Notes: a model not told the origin generated them from the sequence alone. 64,000 nt of DNA from an uncultured Bacteroidales bacterium (GCA_900318665.1 ONLQ01000003.1:12387-76386), one strand, 5' to 3'; positions 48,477 through 58,417 are shown, counted from the stretch's first letter. Made by a program: numbers and translations.

Positions 48477-48484
48477 TACCTTTG
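48477..48484 (+). promoter_or_regulatory. -7 box (TACCTTTG) for tRNA-Ser
   Basis: Matches TAnnTTTG and lies 48 nt upstream of the tRNA 5' end. Confidence 0.45.
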
Positions 48485-48531
48485 CAGCCGTTTTTGAGAC
48501 AGCGACATAGTGCGTAACTATGCCGAAAAAC

Positions 48532-48619
48532 GGAAAGATGCCGGAGTGGTCGAACGGGGCGGTCTCGAAAACCGTTGACCTCCTTTGGGGGTCCAAGGGT
48601 TCGAATCCCTTTCTTTCCG
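48532..48619 (+). tRNA. tRNA-Ser (anticodon CGA)
   Basis: Acceptor ggaaaga/tctttcc with discriminator g. Anticodon stem gcggt/accgt with loop ctCGAaa. A long variable arm (tgacctcctttgggggtc) and T-arm aaggg-ttcgaat-ccctt. CCA is not encoded. Confidence 0.9.
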
Positions 48620-48620
48620 C

Positions 48621-48654
48621 AGCGACGACTGACTATCAGCCGTCGCTTTTTTTA
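48621..48654 (+). terminator. rho-independent terminator after the tRNA
   Basis: agcgacg / cgtcgct stem followed by a T7 run. A second cagcc/ggctg + T9 element follows at about 48670-48700. Confidence 0.7.
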
Positions 48655-48948
48655 TCCCAAAGGAAAGCAGCCTATTTGTCATACGGCTGTTTTTTTTTAT
48701 CTCGTTTTGTTGCAATTTCTTGCAAAAGAATCATTTAATTTGTACATTTGTTAGTTCAAAACGCTGACAAAACAGCAGTAACACATTGCATCACAATAAC
48801 TAAAACCACAAAACTAACACATTTGCAACTGCCCTCTTATCCGAGCGAACGGCAATATTTTTTCTAAAACACTGAAAGTCCGTCGGCCTGCAAGGAAAAA
48901 GATGTCCTAATTTTCACAAATCAGAATCACCTTTTTCAATATAAATAC

Positions 48949-51036
48949 ATGATTAAACGATTATTAGTTTTTTCACTAATCCTAATTTTGGGAGCAGGGA
49001 CACTTTTTGCCAAAGCAGCGACAAACAACATTAACGGAAACGGGCTATCTTTCACAGACATTTTACTTGACCCCGGCCTCGGCTGGAACAATGTGCCTGA
49101 CAACGACATAAAGATCAATCTTGGTTCCGACAGCGTTAGGCCACAGCCTACATTGACGAGCAATGCGCCTCTCGGCAATATTCGCTACGGCAGCACCGAC
49201 CCCGCTGTTGCCACAATCGACGGCAACGGCACGATAACCTATCTTTCGGTAGGCAACGCGGTAATATACGCGGTGCATGACACCAATGCCGACAACGACG
49301 GCTACGGCTACGACAGCATCGCATTGCCCGTAACCGTGGTTTATACGCACACGCTGACCCTCGTTTCCAGCGACACTGACATGGGCACTGTCACCATAGA
49401 CGAAAACCGAGTACTGCTTGACGAACCTTTTGGCGAAAACACTCCGCGCCTCGAAAACGACACCAACAACGAAGGCACCTGCGCCTGGAGCGTGATAACC
49501 GAGCAGACCTCCAGCGGCTACACTCCACACAGCGGGACCCATTTCGCCTTTATAGGGCACTGCTCCACCGGCAAAAAGACCCGATACCTCACGAAAGCGA
49601 TAAATATGACATCATGCACCAGCGCCACGCTGAGTTTCTGGTATATCAACCGCTCGTGGCGTGGCGACATCGACGCCCTATCGGTTTACTACCGCACCTC
49701 TCCAACCTCCGAATGGGTGCAACTCTTCTCGACCACCTCAGGGCATGGCTCATGGACCGAGTGCGTATTGACTCTGCCCGACCTTTCCGACTCCTACGAA
49801 CTTGCTTTCGAGGCCACCGACCACTACGGCTACGGCGTAGGAATTGACGACGTGCTTGTTACCGCCATCTCCACCGAGATGCCCGAAGGCATAGAGGACA
49901 ACAACGACGGCACCTACACCATCAGCCACGGCACCGAGATAAACATCAAGGCCACGCCCACTACCTGCCACCGTTTTGACTATTGGAGCAACACCAAAAA
50001 CACCTCCAACTTCCAGCGATACATTGTCGTGACAAGCGACACCGCAATCAGAGCCACCTTCTCCACCGAGCAATACGGCAGCACCGACGTCCGCACGGCC
50101 TGCGACAGCCTCGCATGGCACGGCGTCACCTATCACGCCTCTACCGACAATGCCACATATTCCGAGCCTTCAACAAAAGGCTGCGACAGCGTCATCACAC
50201 TGCACCTCACCGTAAAACACAGCAACACGGGCATAGATACCCGCACAGCCTGCGACCATCTAACATGGCACGGCACCAACTATTTTGAGTCCACCGACAA
50301 CGCCACGCACACCCTTACCAACATTGATGGCTGCGACAGCGTGGTAACGCTCCACCTCACCATTCTGCCAGCGTCCGACACCACCATCACCGCGCAGGCA
50401 CAAGACTCCTACTCGTGGATGGGCACGACCTTCACCGAGTCCGGCTCTTACGTCCACACTATACCGTCATCGAAAGACTGCGACAGCAACATAATGCTCA
50501 TACTTACAATAACCTCGGCCACCACGCCAATACCGACGCTCAACAACATTATGAACGTCATGCTGGTGGTCAACCACAACCCCGACAACATCATAGGTGT
50601 GTTCTACGCCTACTACCGCTGGTATCGCAACGGCGTGCCCGTCAAAGAAGGTCCCGATGCCGACTCCTACGATGAGAGCGGCAACTCGCTGAAAGGGTGC
50701 TATAGCCTCGAAGTGGCATTCGACGCCGACCTAACCTACTGGGCCAAGACCGACAACATCTGCTTCGGAACCGCCGACATCACCACCGCCGACGCACTGC
50801 AAGCAACCCTTGCGCCCAATCCCGCAATGAGAGGACAAGAGGTAAGCGTAGCCGTCACTGCCGACGAAAGCGAGATACAGAATGTCAGCCTCACGATTTT
50901 CGACACCTACGGCCGCCGCATAATGGAGCAAGGCAATGCCACGCACTTCAAGGCAGAACTGCCCGCTGGCATATACACCGTCCGCATAACTCTCGCCGAT
51001 GGACGCACGGCATCTCGCCGACTGATAGTCAAATAA
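48949..51036 (+). CDS. T9SS-sorted surface protein (Big_2-like, MAM / choice-of-anchor-J-like, Cys-repeat region, Por_Secre_tail)
   Basis: 695 aa with a signal peptide. The C-terminal ...LAPNPA..G.EV.V.........V.L.IFD..GR.I........F.A.LPAGIYTVRI...G....RLIVK is a type A T9SS sorting domain. Confidence 0.8.
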   Translation: MIKRLLVFSLILILGAGTLFAKAATNNINGNGLSFTDILLDPGLGWNNVPDNDIKINLGSDSVRPQPTLTSNAPLGNIRYGSTDPAVATIDGNGTITYLSVGNAVIYAVHDTNADNDGYGYDSIALPVTVVYTHTLTLVSSDTDMGTVTIDENRVLLDEPFGENTPRLENDTNNEGTCAWSVITEQTSSGYTPHSGTHFAFIGHCSTGKKTRYLTKAINMTSCTSATLSFWYINRSWRGDIDALSVYYRTSPTSEWVQLFSTTSGHGSWTECVLTLPDLSDSYELAFEATDHYGYGVGIDDVLVTAISTEMPEGIEDNNDGTYTISHGTEINIKATPTTCHRFDYWSNTKNTSNFQRYIVVTSDTAIRATFSTEQYGSTDVRTACDSLAWHGVTYHASTDNATYSEPSTKGCDSVITLHLTVKHSNTGIDTRTACDHLTWHGTNYFESTDNATHTLTNIDGCDSVVTLHLTILPASDTTITAQAQDSYSWMGTTFTESGSYVHTIPSSKDCDSNIMLILTITSATTPIPTLNNIMNVMLVVNHNPDNIIGVFYAYYRWYRNGVPVKEGPDADSYDESGNSLKGCYSLEVAFDADLTYWAKTDNICFGTADITTADALQATLAPNPAMRGQEVSVAVTADESEIQNVSLTIFDTYGRRIMEQGNATHFKAELPAGIYTVRITLADGRTASRRLIVK
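50095..50517 (+). repeat. three tandem ~150-nt (50-51 aa) intragenic repeats
   Basis: TACDSLAWHGVTY..STDNAT......GCDSVITLHLTV, then TACDHLTWHGTNY..STDNAT......GCDSVVTLHLTI, then AQDSYSWMGTTF..SGSY.......DCDSNIMLILTI. The units start at 50095, 50245 and 50398. Confidence 0.75.
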
Positions 51037-51084
51037 TACCCACGACGGCACACGACAAATTATCACACCAAAAACTTTGCGACA

Positions 51085-51954
51085 ATGAGACTTACGACAA
51101 AAATATCATTCCTTCTTGCAACACTGCTTGTTACAGCCACCACGCTAACCGCACAAAACGCTATGGCACCGACTCATAGGCCAGACGGCGAAATAGCCGT
51201 ATCGGTCTATGGTCCGGCAATGGCGTCGCTGCCGTTCCGCTCGGATTTTGAGTGGAACGACAACCGAGGCTACTCTATGGGCTTCGGCGCCGACTACACA
51301 CGCTGGCTCAACACCTATATCGGGCTTTCGGCAGGCTTCAAAATAACCTATCTGACTCACAACCAAACGTCGGGCGTAATACACGAGAACTTCGCTGGCA
51401 CCATACCCATGAACGGCAATAGCACCACGAGCGTCTTAATGCAAGGCACGTCAACCAATGTGACAGAGACCCAGACAATGACCTTTGCCGAGATACCGCT
51501 GCGGATTTCCTTCGAGGCATACAACGCATATCTCAACATCGGCGCAGCCCTCTCGGTGGCGCTGACCGACTATTCCGACTTCTCCTATGGCGGTAACGGC
51601 TACGCCATCACGGGTCTGCCCGACATGGGCGTCACGCTGCCCAATGCCGTGCCCGTAGCACTCAAAGGACGCACCCGCAGCAGCAATTTCCCATCCGAAC
51701 TATCGCGCACCATATACGGCCTCGCCTGCGCGGAACTTGGCTATAAATTCCGTTTCGACAACCGCAACGCCGTGTCGCTCGGAGTTTTCGGCCGCTATGC
51801 CTTCCTGCCCGCCAACACCGAAAACAACAAGACCTTCACCCTGACCAACGGCAACATCACCGCCATACAGCCCTCCACAACGACAATCGTGGACAAAATG
51901 GGTTACTACGAGATAGGCCTACGAATAGCATACCACTACGGCATAGGCAAATAG
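51085..51954 (+). CDS. hypothetical outer-membrane beta-barrel protein
   Basis: 289 aa. Signal peptide, then an alternating beta-strand pattern with G/Y/F-rich strand ends. Confidence 0.55.
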   Translation: MRLTTKISFLLATLLVTATTLTAQNAMAPTHRPDGEIAVSVYGPAMASLPFRSDFEWNDNRGYSMGFGADYTRWLNTYIGLSAGFKITYLTHNQTSGVIHENFAGTIPMNGNSTTSVLMQGTSTNVTETQTMTFAEIPLRISFEAYNAYLNIGAALSVALTDYSDFSYGGNGYAITGLPDMGVTLPNAVPVALKGRTRSSNFPSELSRTIYGLACAELGYKFRFDNRNAVSLGVFGRYAFLPANTENNKTFTLTNGNITAIQPSTTTIVDKMGYYEIGLRIAYHYGIGK

Positions 51955-52038
51955 CCAACCTACCCTCAAAACGAGGGACTCAAAAGGCCTTTTCGAAGAT
52001 AAATTCCTCAACATTATTCGACTTTTGAGATTATTTTG

Positions 52039-52046
52039 TATCTTTG
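52039..52046 (+). promoter_or_regulatory. -7 box (TATCTTTG)
   Basis: Lies 29 nt upstream of the ATG at 52075, inside the ORF-track TTG-start extension. Confidence 0.5.
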
Positions 52047-52074
52047 CAACTTGAATTTTTGCACATCTACATCT

Positions 52075-52671
52075 ATGAAAAAACTACTTTTTATTGCTGT
52101 CTTCGCCGTTTTAGGGCTCTCGGCCGGCGCACAGCAGGTAAGCACACGCGCCAAAGCGCTACGTCTCAAAGACTATGCCCGCCCAGAATATATGGTTGCC
52201 GATGTCAAGATTTTGGCCGACACATTGACGGTTTACAGCCTCAGCGACTACGTAATCTATCCTTTCGGCAAATGGAACACCTTGGAAGAATATATCACTA
52301 ACACCGAATTGCAGTGGTATCGCGAGGTAGGCTACAAGAAATTCATGGGCAACATGGAGGTGAGTGTCAACACGCTGAAGCGCATCGACGACAGTTATAT
52401 TGACATCTACCGCAGCATCACCACCGGCAAAGTCGAGATGCTTTCCGCCAAAATCACCGACCCCGAGGTTGTTTTCAAAAACGGTCTGCACGTTGGAATG
52501 ACCATGCAAGAGGTCTATCTGACCTACTTCACCAAGTTCCTCAAATCGTATGTGGTGAATGTCAACGTGCTGAAAATCGTTTCCGGTGGCGGCGAGGTGT
52601 CCCAAATCTACACCTTCAAGGGCAACAAACTGCGCCATCTGCAGGTCCGTTCCGACTATAAATTCTACTAA
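52075..52671 (+). CDS. hypothetical secreted protein
   Basis: Signal peptide MKKLLFIAVFAVLGLSAGAQQ. I recognise no family. Confidence 0.55.
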   Translation: MKKLLFIAVFAVLGLSAGAQQVSTRAKALRLKDYARPEYMVADVKILADTLTVYSLSDYVIYPFGKWNTLEEYITNTELQWYREVGYKKFMGNMEVSVNTLKRIDDSYIDIYRSITTGKVEMLSAKITDPEVVFKNGLHVGMTMQEVYLTYFTKFLKSYVVNVNVLKIVSGGGEVSQIYTFKGNKLRHLQVRSDYKFY

Positions 52672-52696
52672 ACGACAATATCGATTACCACCTATT

Positions 52697-52734
52697 GCCA
52701 CAAATCGCCGAATGTCGATTTGTGGCTTTTATTT
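52697..52734 (+). terminator. rho-independent terminator
   Basis: gccacaaatcg / cgatttgtggc is an 11-bp stem followed by ttttattt. Confidence 0.7.
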
Positions 52735-52773
52735 ACCCATCGCACCATTACGTCAAACCTATAACCGCACGCC

Positions 52774-53379
52774 ATGCTGTTCCCCACCCCGCAATCGTCG
52801 CTCCGCAAGATAGGGCTGTTTTTCGGCTCATTCAACCCCATACACATGGGGCATCTCGTCATTGCCAGTTCCATGCTGGCGCATACCGATATGAAAGAGG
52901 TGTGGTTCGTGGTGTCGCCCCAGAACCCGCTGAAGGAGCGCCACTCGCTGCTGCCCGACCGCCAGCGGCTCGACATGGTGCGACGAGCCATAGACGACGA
53001 GCCACGTATGCGTGCGTGCGATGCCGAATTTGAACTGCCAAAGCCCTCTTATACGGTGCTGACCCTCGCCCACCTCGGCGAGAAATACCGCGACAAGGAG
53101 TTCGCGCTAATCATGGGCAGCGACAACCTCGACACCTTCGACCGTTGGCGCAACTACGAGTATATCCTCGACCACTACCACATCTACGTCTATCCGCGCC
53201 CCGGCCACGACGGCGGCAAATTTGCCACGCATCCGCATATCCACTGGGTGGAGACGCCAATGATGGATATCTCGTCAACCTACATTCGCGAACTATTGCG
53301 ACAAAAGCGCGACATCCGCTTCCTCGTGCCCGAAGCGGTATATCAGCACATACAGTCAATGCATTTCTACGAGAAATAG
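52774..53379 (+). CDS. nadD: nicotinate-nucleotide adenylyltransferase
   Basis: IGLFFGSFNPIHMGHL is the (H/T)xGH motif, and ISSTYIR is the ISST motif. The 12-aa N-terminal extension is unusual. Confidence 0.9.
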   Translation: MLFPTPQSSLRKIGLFFGSFNPIHMGHLVIASSMLAHTDMKEVWFVVSPQNPLKERHSLLPDRQRLDMVRRAIDDEPRMRACDAEFELPKPSYTVLTLAHLGEKYRDKEFALIMGSDNLDTFDRWRNYEYILDHYHIYVYPRPGHDGGKFATHPHIHWVETPMMDISSTYIRELLRQKRDIRFLVPEAVYQHIQSMHFYEK

Positions 53380-53400
53380 CCGTTCGGCGCCAATCTCACG

Positions 53401-54201
53401 CTATGAGATAAGACTCTCCAGCGCCTGACTCAGTTCTACCGGCGAGACGCCGTGGTGCACCTCGCCATCTACGGCATAGGAAATATCGCCCGTCTCTTCG
53501 CTCACCACTACGGCAACAACGTCAAGTTGCTCGGTGACGCCAATGGCGCTACGATGACGCAAACCGAGATTGGGGTCCACGTCGGTGCGTTCGGTCACGG
53601 GCAGTATGCAACGGGCCGCCACCACGGTGTTTCCGTCAACAAAGACGGCACCGTCGTGCAAAGGCGAGTTCTTGAAAAACAACGTCTCCAGCAGTGCCGA
53701 CGACACTTTGGCGTCAATGCGCTCACCCGTCGCGACAAGTTCATCTACCGAGTTTTCGCGCTTGAAAATAATCAACGCGCCGGTTTTTGTTGCCGACATG
53801 TGCACACAAGCCTGGATATACGGCTCCAGTATTATTTTTTGCTCCTCCACGTCAGGCTGACGCAAAAAGATGCGCCGTATCATACGCAGACGCAGTTCGG
53901 GCGACGCCTTTGTGCCAAGCATCAGCAGGAATTTGCGTATCTCTGGCTGAAACACCACGACGATGGCAAGCAGACCCACACTGATGATGCCGCCTAAAAT
54001 TCCCGACGAAAGGCGCATGCCCAGCACGTCAACCACGCGCCATAGCACATAGATGGCCACGATAGTCCAAAAAATACGCATGACGTTGGTGCCCTTGGCA
54101 AGCCTATAGCACTCATATAATATGAATGCGACAAATAGCACGTCTAAAATATCCACTATGCGGACATTAGGCAGTCCCTGTATCAGAAGTGTGGGAATCA
54201 T
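53401..54201 (-). CDS. cdaA: diadenylate cyclase CdaA
   Basis: Three N-terminal TM helices, then the DAC domain: TGALIIF, PLHDGAVFV and RHRSAIGVTE. Confidence 0.9.
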   Translation of the reverse strand: MIPTLLIQGLPNVRIVDILDVLFVAFILYECYRLAKGTNVMRIFWTIVAIYVLWRVVDVLGMRLSSGILGGIISVGLLAIVVVFQPEIRKFLLMLGTKASPELRLRMIRRIFLRQPDVEEQKIILEPYIQACVHMSATKTGALIIFKRENSVDELVATGERIDAKVSSALLETLFFKNSPLHDGAVFVDGNTVVAARCILPVTERTDVDPNLGLRHRSAIGVTEQLDVVAVVVSEETGDISYAVDGEVHHGVSPVELSQALESLIS

Positions 54202-54271
54202 ATTCTTTTATTTTTACAGGACGAGGACCCTCGCCCCTCTCATTTTTATCTTTTAGCGAACGGCATAGTGT

Positions 54272-55132
54272 TTACCACATCCTGCCCACCATCTCGATGG
54301 TCTGTCGAGCCTCTCTCGGGTCGTGGACACGCAACATCTTAGCCCCTTGCAGCAACGCTATGGTGTTGAGCACCGTGGTGCCGTTGAGCGACTCCTGCGG
54401 CGTTATGCCGAGAGCCTTGTATATCATGCTCTTGCGACTCACGCCGACAAGCACCGGCTGGCGGAACGTGGTGGTGATGTCGCACAGATGCGCCATCAGT
54501 TCGTAATTCTGGTCGGTGGTCTTTGCAAAGCCGAAGCCAGGGTCGAGCAGCACGTCGGCAACGCCAAGGCGGTAGAGCATCTCCAAGCGCTCGGAGAAGA
54601 AGAACTGGATTTCTCTCATCAAATCGTCGTAGTCGGTCAGCGTCTGCATCTCTGACGGCAGTCCACGGGTGTGGCTAAGAACGTAGGGAACTTTCAGCCT
54701 CGCCACCGTGGGGAACATATCTTCGTCAAACTGACCGCCGCTGATGTCGTTTATGATGTCGGCGCCAGCCTCGACGGCGGCCTCGGCAGGACGGCTGTAG
54801 CAGGTATCTACAGAGATAATGGTGTCGGCAGGCAACTCGCGGCGCAGCATCGACATCACGTTTCTGAGGCGTGCGGCCTCCTCGTCGGGCGGCAGCAAAA
54901 TGGCACCCGGACGCGACGACACAGCCCCCACGTCAATAATGTCGGCACCCTCGTCAAGCAGCCAGTGAGCGTGACGGATAATGCTATCGTCGTCAACATG
55001 ACTGCCACCATCATAGAACGAGTCGGGAGTCACATTCAGTATGCCCATAACGCATGGACGGTCAAACTCCACGATGTTTTTACCACAACGTAGCGAGAAT
55101 GAAGAAAAAATATTACCTTTGCTTATAATCAT
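54272..55132 (-). CDS. folP: dihydropteroate synthase
   Basis: MGILNVTPDSFYDGG, DIIDVGAVSSRPG and GFGFAKT are present. Confidence 0.9.
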   Translation of the reverse strand: MIISKGNIFSSFSLRCGKNIVEFDRPCVMGILNVTPDSFYDGGSHVDDDSIIRHAHWLLDEGADIIDVGAVSSRPGAILLPPDEEAARLRNVMSMLRRELPADTIISVDTCYSRPAEAAVEAGADIINDISGGQFDEDMFPTVARLKVPYVLSHTRGLPSEMQTLTDYDDLMREIQFFFSERLEMLYRLGVADVLLDPGFGFAKTTDQNYELMAHLCDITTTFRQPVLVGVSRKSMIYKALGITPQESLNGTTVLNTIALLQGAKMLRVHDPREARQTIEMVGRMW

Positions 55133-55228
55133 AATGTGTTCTTCCTAATCGTTGAGCACTGTTTTTCAGTGCGTAACGCTCAATAGGGATTGGTTTGCGT
55201 TTTAGGCAAATATACAAAAAATAAAACC

Positions 55229-55777
55229 ATGCTATCTACCGAAGCCGAATTCAAACAAGAAATAGAAGCCTGCCGTTCTATATTTGAAAAAAAGACACAA
55301 GACTATGGCACCTCGTGGCGCATACTGCGACTGCCATCTATCACCGACCAGATTTTTATCAAAGCCAACCGCATCCGCAGTATTCAGGAGAGCGGCACAC
55401 ATTTGGTTGACGAAGGCGTGCGGCCCGAATTTATAGCCATGGTCAACTACGCCACAATGGCCCTCATGCAGCAAGAACTGGGTCGCGACGGCGAGCAGGA
55501 ACTGCCTCTCGACACCGCGCTGACGCTCTACGACAAGCACATAAGGACCGCCACGTCGCTAATGCTCAACAAAAACCACGACTACGGCGAGGCATGGCGC
55601 CAGATGCGCATCAGTTCGATGGTTGACCTTATCCTGATGAAAATCCGCCGCATAAAGCAGATAGAGGACAACCAAGGCAAGACCATCATCTCCGAGGGCG
55701 TGGAAGGCGGATACATGGACATAATCAATTATTCCCTCTTCTGCCTAATAAGAATGACCGAGGAGCAAGCAAATTAA
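55229..55777 (+). CDS. DUF1599 domain-containing protein
   Basis: A K..DYG.SWR..R..S..DQI.IKA.RIR pattern is duplicated within the protein. The start was re-assigned to the ATG at 55229. Confidence 0.7.
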   Translation: MLSTEAEFKQEIEACRSIFEKKTQDYGTSWRILRLPSITDQIFIKANRIRSIQESGTHLVDEGVRPEFIAMVNYATMALMQQELGRDGEQELPLDTALTLYDKHIRTATSLMLNKNHDYGEAWRQMRISSMVDLILMKIRRIKQIEDNQGKTIISEGVEGGYMDIINYSLFCLIRMTEEQAN

Positions 55778-55837
55778 GAACAATTAGACCAATAGGACTA
55801 ATTAGTCCAATAAGACCAATTAATAACACCAAAAACA

Positions 55838-56977
55838 ATGAAAGACACCAAAACAACCTACACGCTCAACGTTATTGCCCGCTGGTTTGTGGGCCTCGTT
55901 TTCCTGTTTTCCAGTTTTGTGAAAGGCGTTGACCCGCTGGGCACCACATTCAAAATCGAAGAGTATTTTGCCGCTTGGAGCGGTAGCGTGCTCTCCTTCC
56001 AGTGGCTCGTCCCGATGTCCACAGTGCTGTCTATGGCGCTCATCACCTGCGAGTTCCTTGTCGGCGTACTGCTCATCACCAACTCCTTCCGTCGCATCTC
56101 GGCCTGGCTGCTTATCGCCATGATGGCTTTCTTCACCTGCAGCACCGCCCTCGACGCTTTCAGCAGCACCTACGGCATCAACGACTGCGGTTGCTTTGGC
56201 GACGCCGTAAAACTCACTCCGTTCCAGACCTTTATGAAGAATGTCATTCTCGACATTCCCGCCATCTACATCTTGCTGACGTGCGACCTGCGCCGCAAAC
56301 GCCGCACCGAGCGCGACACCATCATTGCCTCTGCCGCCATTCTCGCCATGGTTCTCTTCGGGCTGCACAACATCAACAACGAGCCCTGCATCGACTTCCG
56401 CGCCTGGAAGGTTGGCAACCGCATGATTAACACCGACAACAGCGACGTGCAGGCCGAGAGTTTCACCACCTATAAGAACAAGCAGACCGGCGAGACCGCA
56501 GAGTTCTCCGCCACGCAACTGATGGAGCGCTACTCCACCGAGCCCGATTTCGATGACAACTGGGAGTGGGTTTCCAGCCGTGTTGTTGACCCCAACGAGA
56601 TACACGCCGACGGTTTCTCGATGCTTGACGCCGATGGCAACGACTATTCTGTTGACATCATCTCCTCGCCCGACACCACAATCATCGCCACCATCCACCA
56701 CCTCGACAAGGTGAACGAAAAAGGCCTCGCGGCTCTCCACGCCACCTACGACTATGCCAACAGCCACAACTTCTACTTTGTGGTTCTCACCGCCGCGCTG
56801 CCGGAGGACGTCGATGCTTTCAAAGACGCCAACAACCTTGCCGACCTCGAATGGTATTTTGCCGACGACAAGGCCATTGAGACCATGCTGCGCTCCAACC
56901 CCGGATTTATCATGCTGCAAGACGGCGTGGTGCTTGGCAAATGGCACTACAAGAACATCGAGAAAATGGTGAAATAG
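55838..56977 (+). CDS. DoxX/MauE-type membrane domain + thioredoxin-like C-terminal domain (BT_3928-type)
   Basis: 379 aa. Four N-terminal TM helices (RWFVGLVFLFSSFVKG), a CGCFG motif and a soluble C-terminal half. It sits next to DUF1599, as is usual in Bacteroidetes. Confidence 0.65.
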   Translation: MKDTKTTYTLNVIARWFVGLVFLFSSFVKGVDPLGTTFKIEEYFAAWSGSVLSFQWLVPMSTVLSMALITCEFLVGVLLITNSFRRISAWLLIAMMAFFTCSTALDAFSSTYGINDCGCFGDAVKLTPFQTFMKNVILDIPAIYILLTCDLRRKRRTERDTIIASAAILAMVLFGLHNINNEPCIDFRAWKVGNRMINTDNSDVQAESFTTYKNKQTGETAEFSATQLMERYSTEPDFDDNWEWVSSRVVDPNEIHADGFSMLDADGNDYSVDIISSPDTTIIATIHHLDKVNEKGLAALHATYDYANSHNFYFVVLTAALPEDVDAFKDANNLADLEWYFADDKAIETMLRSNPGFIMLQDGVVLGKWHYKNIEKMVK

Positions 56978-57036
56978 TTTGCCCCCTCCGACAACTAATA
57001 GCAATTACTAAACAATCTTTTACAATCCCACAAAAA

Positions 57037-57576
57037 ATGATTCAACGCATTCAGACAGTCTATATCGCACTGGCCATCGCAGCCCTCGCGCTGTGTCTTT
57101 TCTTCCCCATAGCCACCTATGTGGCACCAATACAAAGCACCCAACAGACCATTGCCGCGCGTCTCGACATCTTCCCCCACGCCGTTGCCACCTCTGGCGC
57201 CGAGATGGACGAAGTCTATGCCACCATCAACGTGCCGCAAAAAGGCTTCATCAAGACCTGGCCTCTCGTGGTCCTATTGTTTGCCACCATGGCATTGGCA
57301 GCAACCTGCATCTTCCTCTACCACAACCGAGTGCTGCAAATGCGTCTTGTGGCCGTAGCCTCGCTGCTCGGCGTCATCTACATCTTCCTAATCTTCATCT
57401 GGGCTGTTGACGCCTTTGCCAAAGCCTTTGCCACGCCGTTTGGCGCCGACTCCCCCGTGGTGACCTATGCGCTCGGCACATGGGCGCCCATAGCCGCCGT
57501 GGCACTGCTGATACTTGCGCAGCGTGCCATTCGCAAGGACGAGATGAAGGTGCGCGCCGCCGACCGTTTGCGATAA
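57037..57576 (+). CDS. DUF4293 family membrane protein
   Basis: MIQRIQTVYIALAI is the characteristic N-terminus, followed by four TM helices. Confidence 0.65.
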   Translation: MIQRIQTVYIALAIAALALCLFFPIATYVAPIQSTQQTIAARLDIFPHAVATSGAEMDEVYATINVPQKGFIKTWPLVVLLFATMALAATCIFLYHNRVLQMRLVAVASLLGVIYIFLIFIWAVDAFAKAFATPFGADSPVVTYALGTWAPIAAVALLILAQRAIRKDEMKVRAADRLR

Positions 57577-57608
57577 GTCCAACCGAAAACAATCTAACCG
57601 ACGTAGAA

Positions 57609-58028
57609 GTGGAACAATCTTTCTGCCATACCGACCAACTGCCCGACGTGGCGTCTGCCCTGCTCCGCGAGTTCGAGGGGCAACGGTTCTTTGCCTTCTT
57701 CGGAAGCATGGGCGTTGGCAAGACCACGCTCATCAAGGAGTTATGCCACCAACTTGGCGTGGAAGATAACGTCTGCAGCCCCACGTTCGCTATTGTCAAC
57801 CAATACAGCGACCGCGATGGCGAACCCGTATATCATTTTGACTTCTACAGGCTTAAAGACCTAAACGAAGCCTACGACATCGGCTACGAAGAATATTTCT
57901 ATTCCGACAACTACTGTTTCACCGAATGGACCGAGAAGATAGAGCCTCTGCTGCCGTCGCCCTATGTGCGCGTAACGATAACCGAGGACAACGGCACACG
58001 CCATCTGGAAGCCCATATCGAAGAATAA
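57609..58028 (+). CDS. tsaE: tRNA t6A biosynthesis ATPase TsaE
   Basis: The P-loop FFGSMGVGKTTLIK and SPTFAIVNQY are present. There is no in-frame ATG after the DUF4293 stop, so the GTG at 57609 is assumed and the 5' boundary is uncertain. Confidence 0.75.
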   Translation: MEQSFCHTDQLPDVASALLREFEGQRFFAFFGSMGVGKTTLIKELCHQLGVEDNVCSPTFAIVNQYSDRDGEPVYHFDFYRLKDLNEAYDIGYEEYFYSDNYCFTEWTEKIEPLLPSPYVRVTITEDNGTRHLEAHIEE

Positions 58029-58060
58029 AAATTGATTTTTTGCATAAACACTAACCTCAA

Positions 58061-58417
58061 ATGAAAGAATCCGAAGTATTAGCCCGCCTGGCCGCACAGG
58101 CCATAGATGACAAAAAGGGCAGCGACATCGCAATACTCGACCTACGCAAAATACCCTCAGCACCCGCCGAATTTTTCGTCATAGCCTCGGGCAACGTGCC
58201 GTCGCACGTCAGCGCCCTGTCCGACGCTGTACACGAAGTGGTGAAGAAAGCCACGGGCCTCAACCCCTCGAAAGTCGAGGGCTACAACAACGCCGAATGG
58301 ATTTTGATGGACTACTTCGACGTAGTGGTGCATATCTTCCAAAAGGAGAAACGCGAGTTTTACCGCCTCGACCAACTGTGGGACGACGGCAACAGAATTG
58401 AACTTTCCAGCAAATAA
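58061..58417 (+). CDS. rsfS: ribosome silencing factor RsfS
   Basis: 118 aa. KKG.DI..LDL......A.FFVIASG.....V.A....V, ...W.L.DY.DVVVHIF and R.FY.L..LW are present. Confidence 0.9.
   Translation: MKESEVLARLAAQAIDDKKGSDIAILDLRKIPSAPAEFFVIASGNVPSHVSALSDAVHEVVKKATGLNPSKVEGYNNAEWILMDYFDVVVHIFQKEKREFYRLDQLWDDGNRIELSSK

Noticed and set aside
48532-51954. tRNA-Ser considered as the integration site of a downstream island.
   Set aside because: I noticed no integrase and no direct repeat of the tRNA 3' end downstream. The following genes have host-like G+C and typical Bacteroidales surface-protein features.
22007-54201. The PgpH-like HD phosphodiesterase and cdaA in the same window considered as a linked c-di-AMP system.
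   Set aside because: They are 30 kb apart, each sits in a conserved housekeeping context (cdaA directly follows folP), and both are ordinary core signalling genes.
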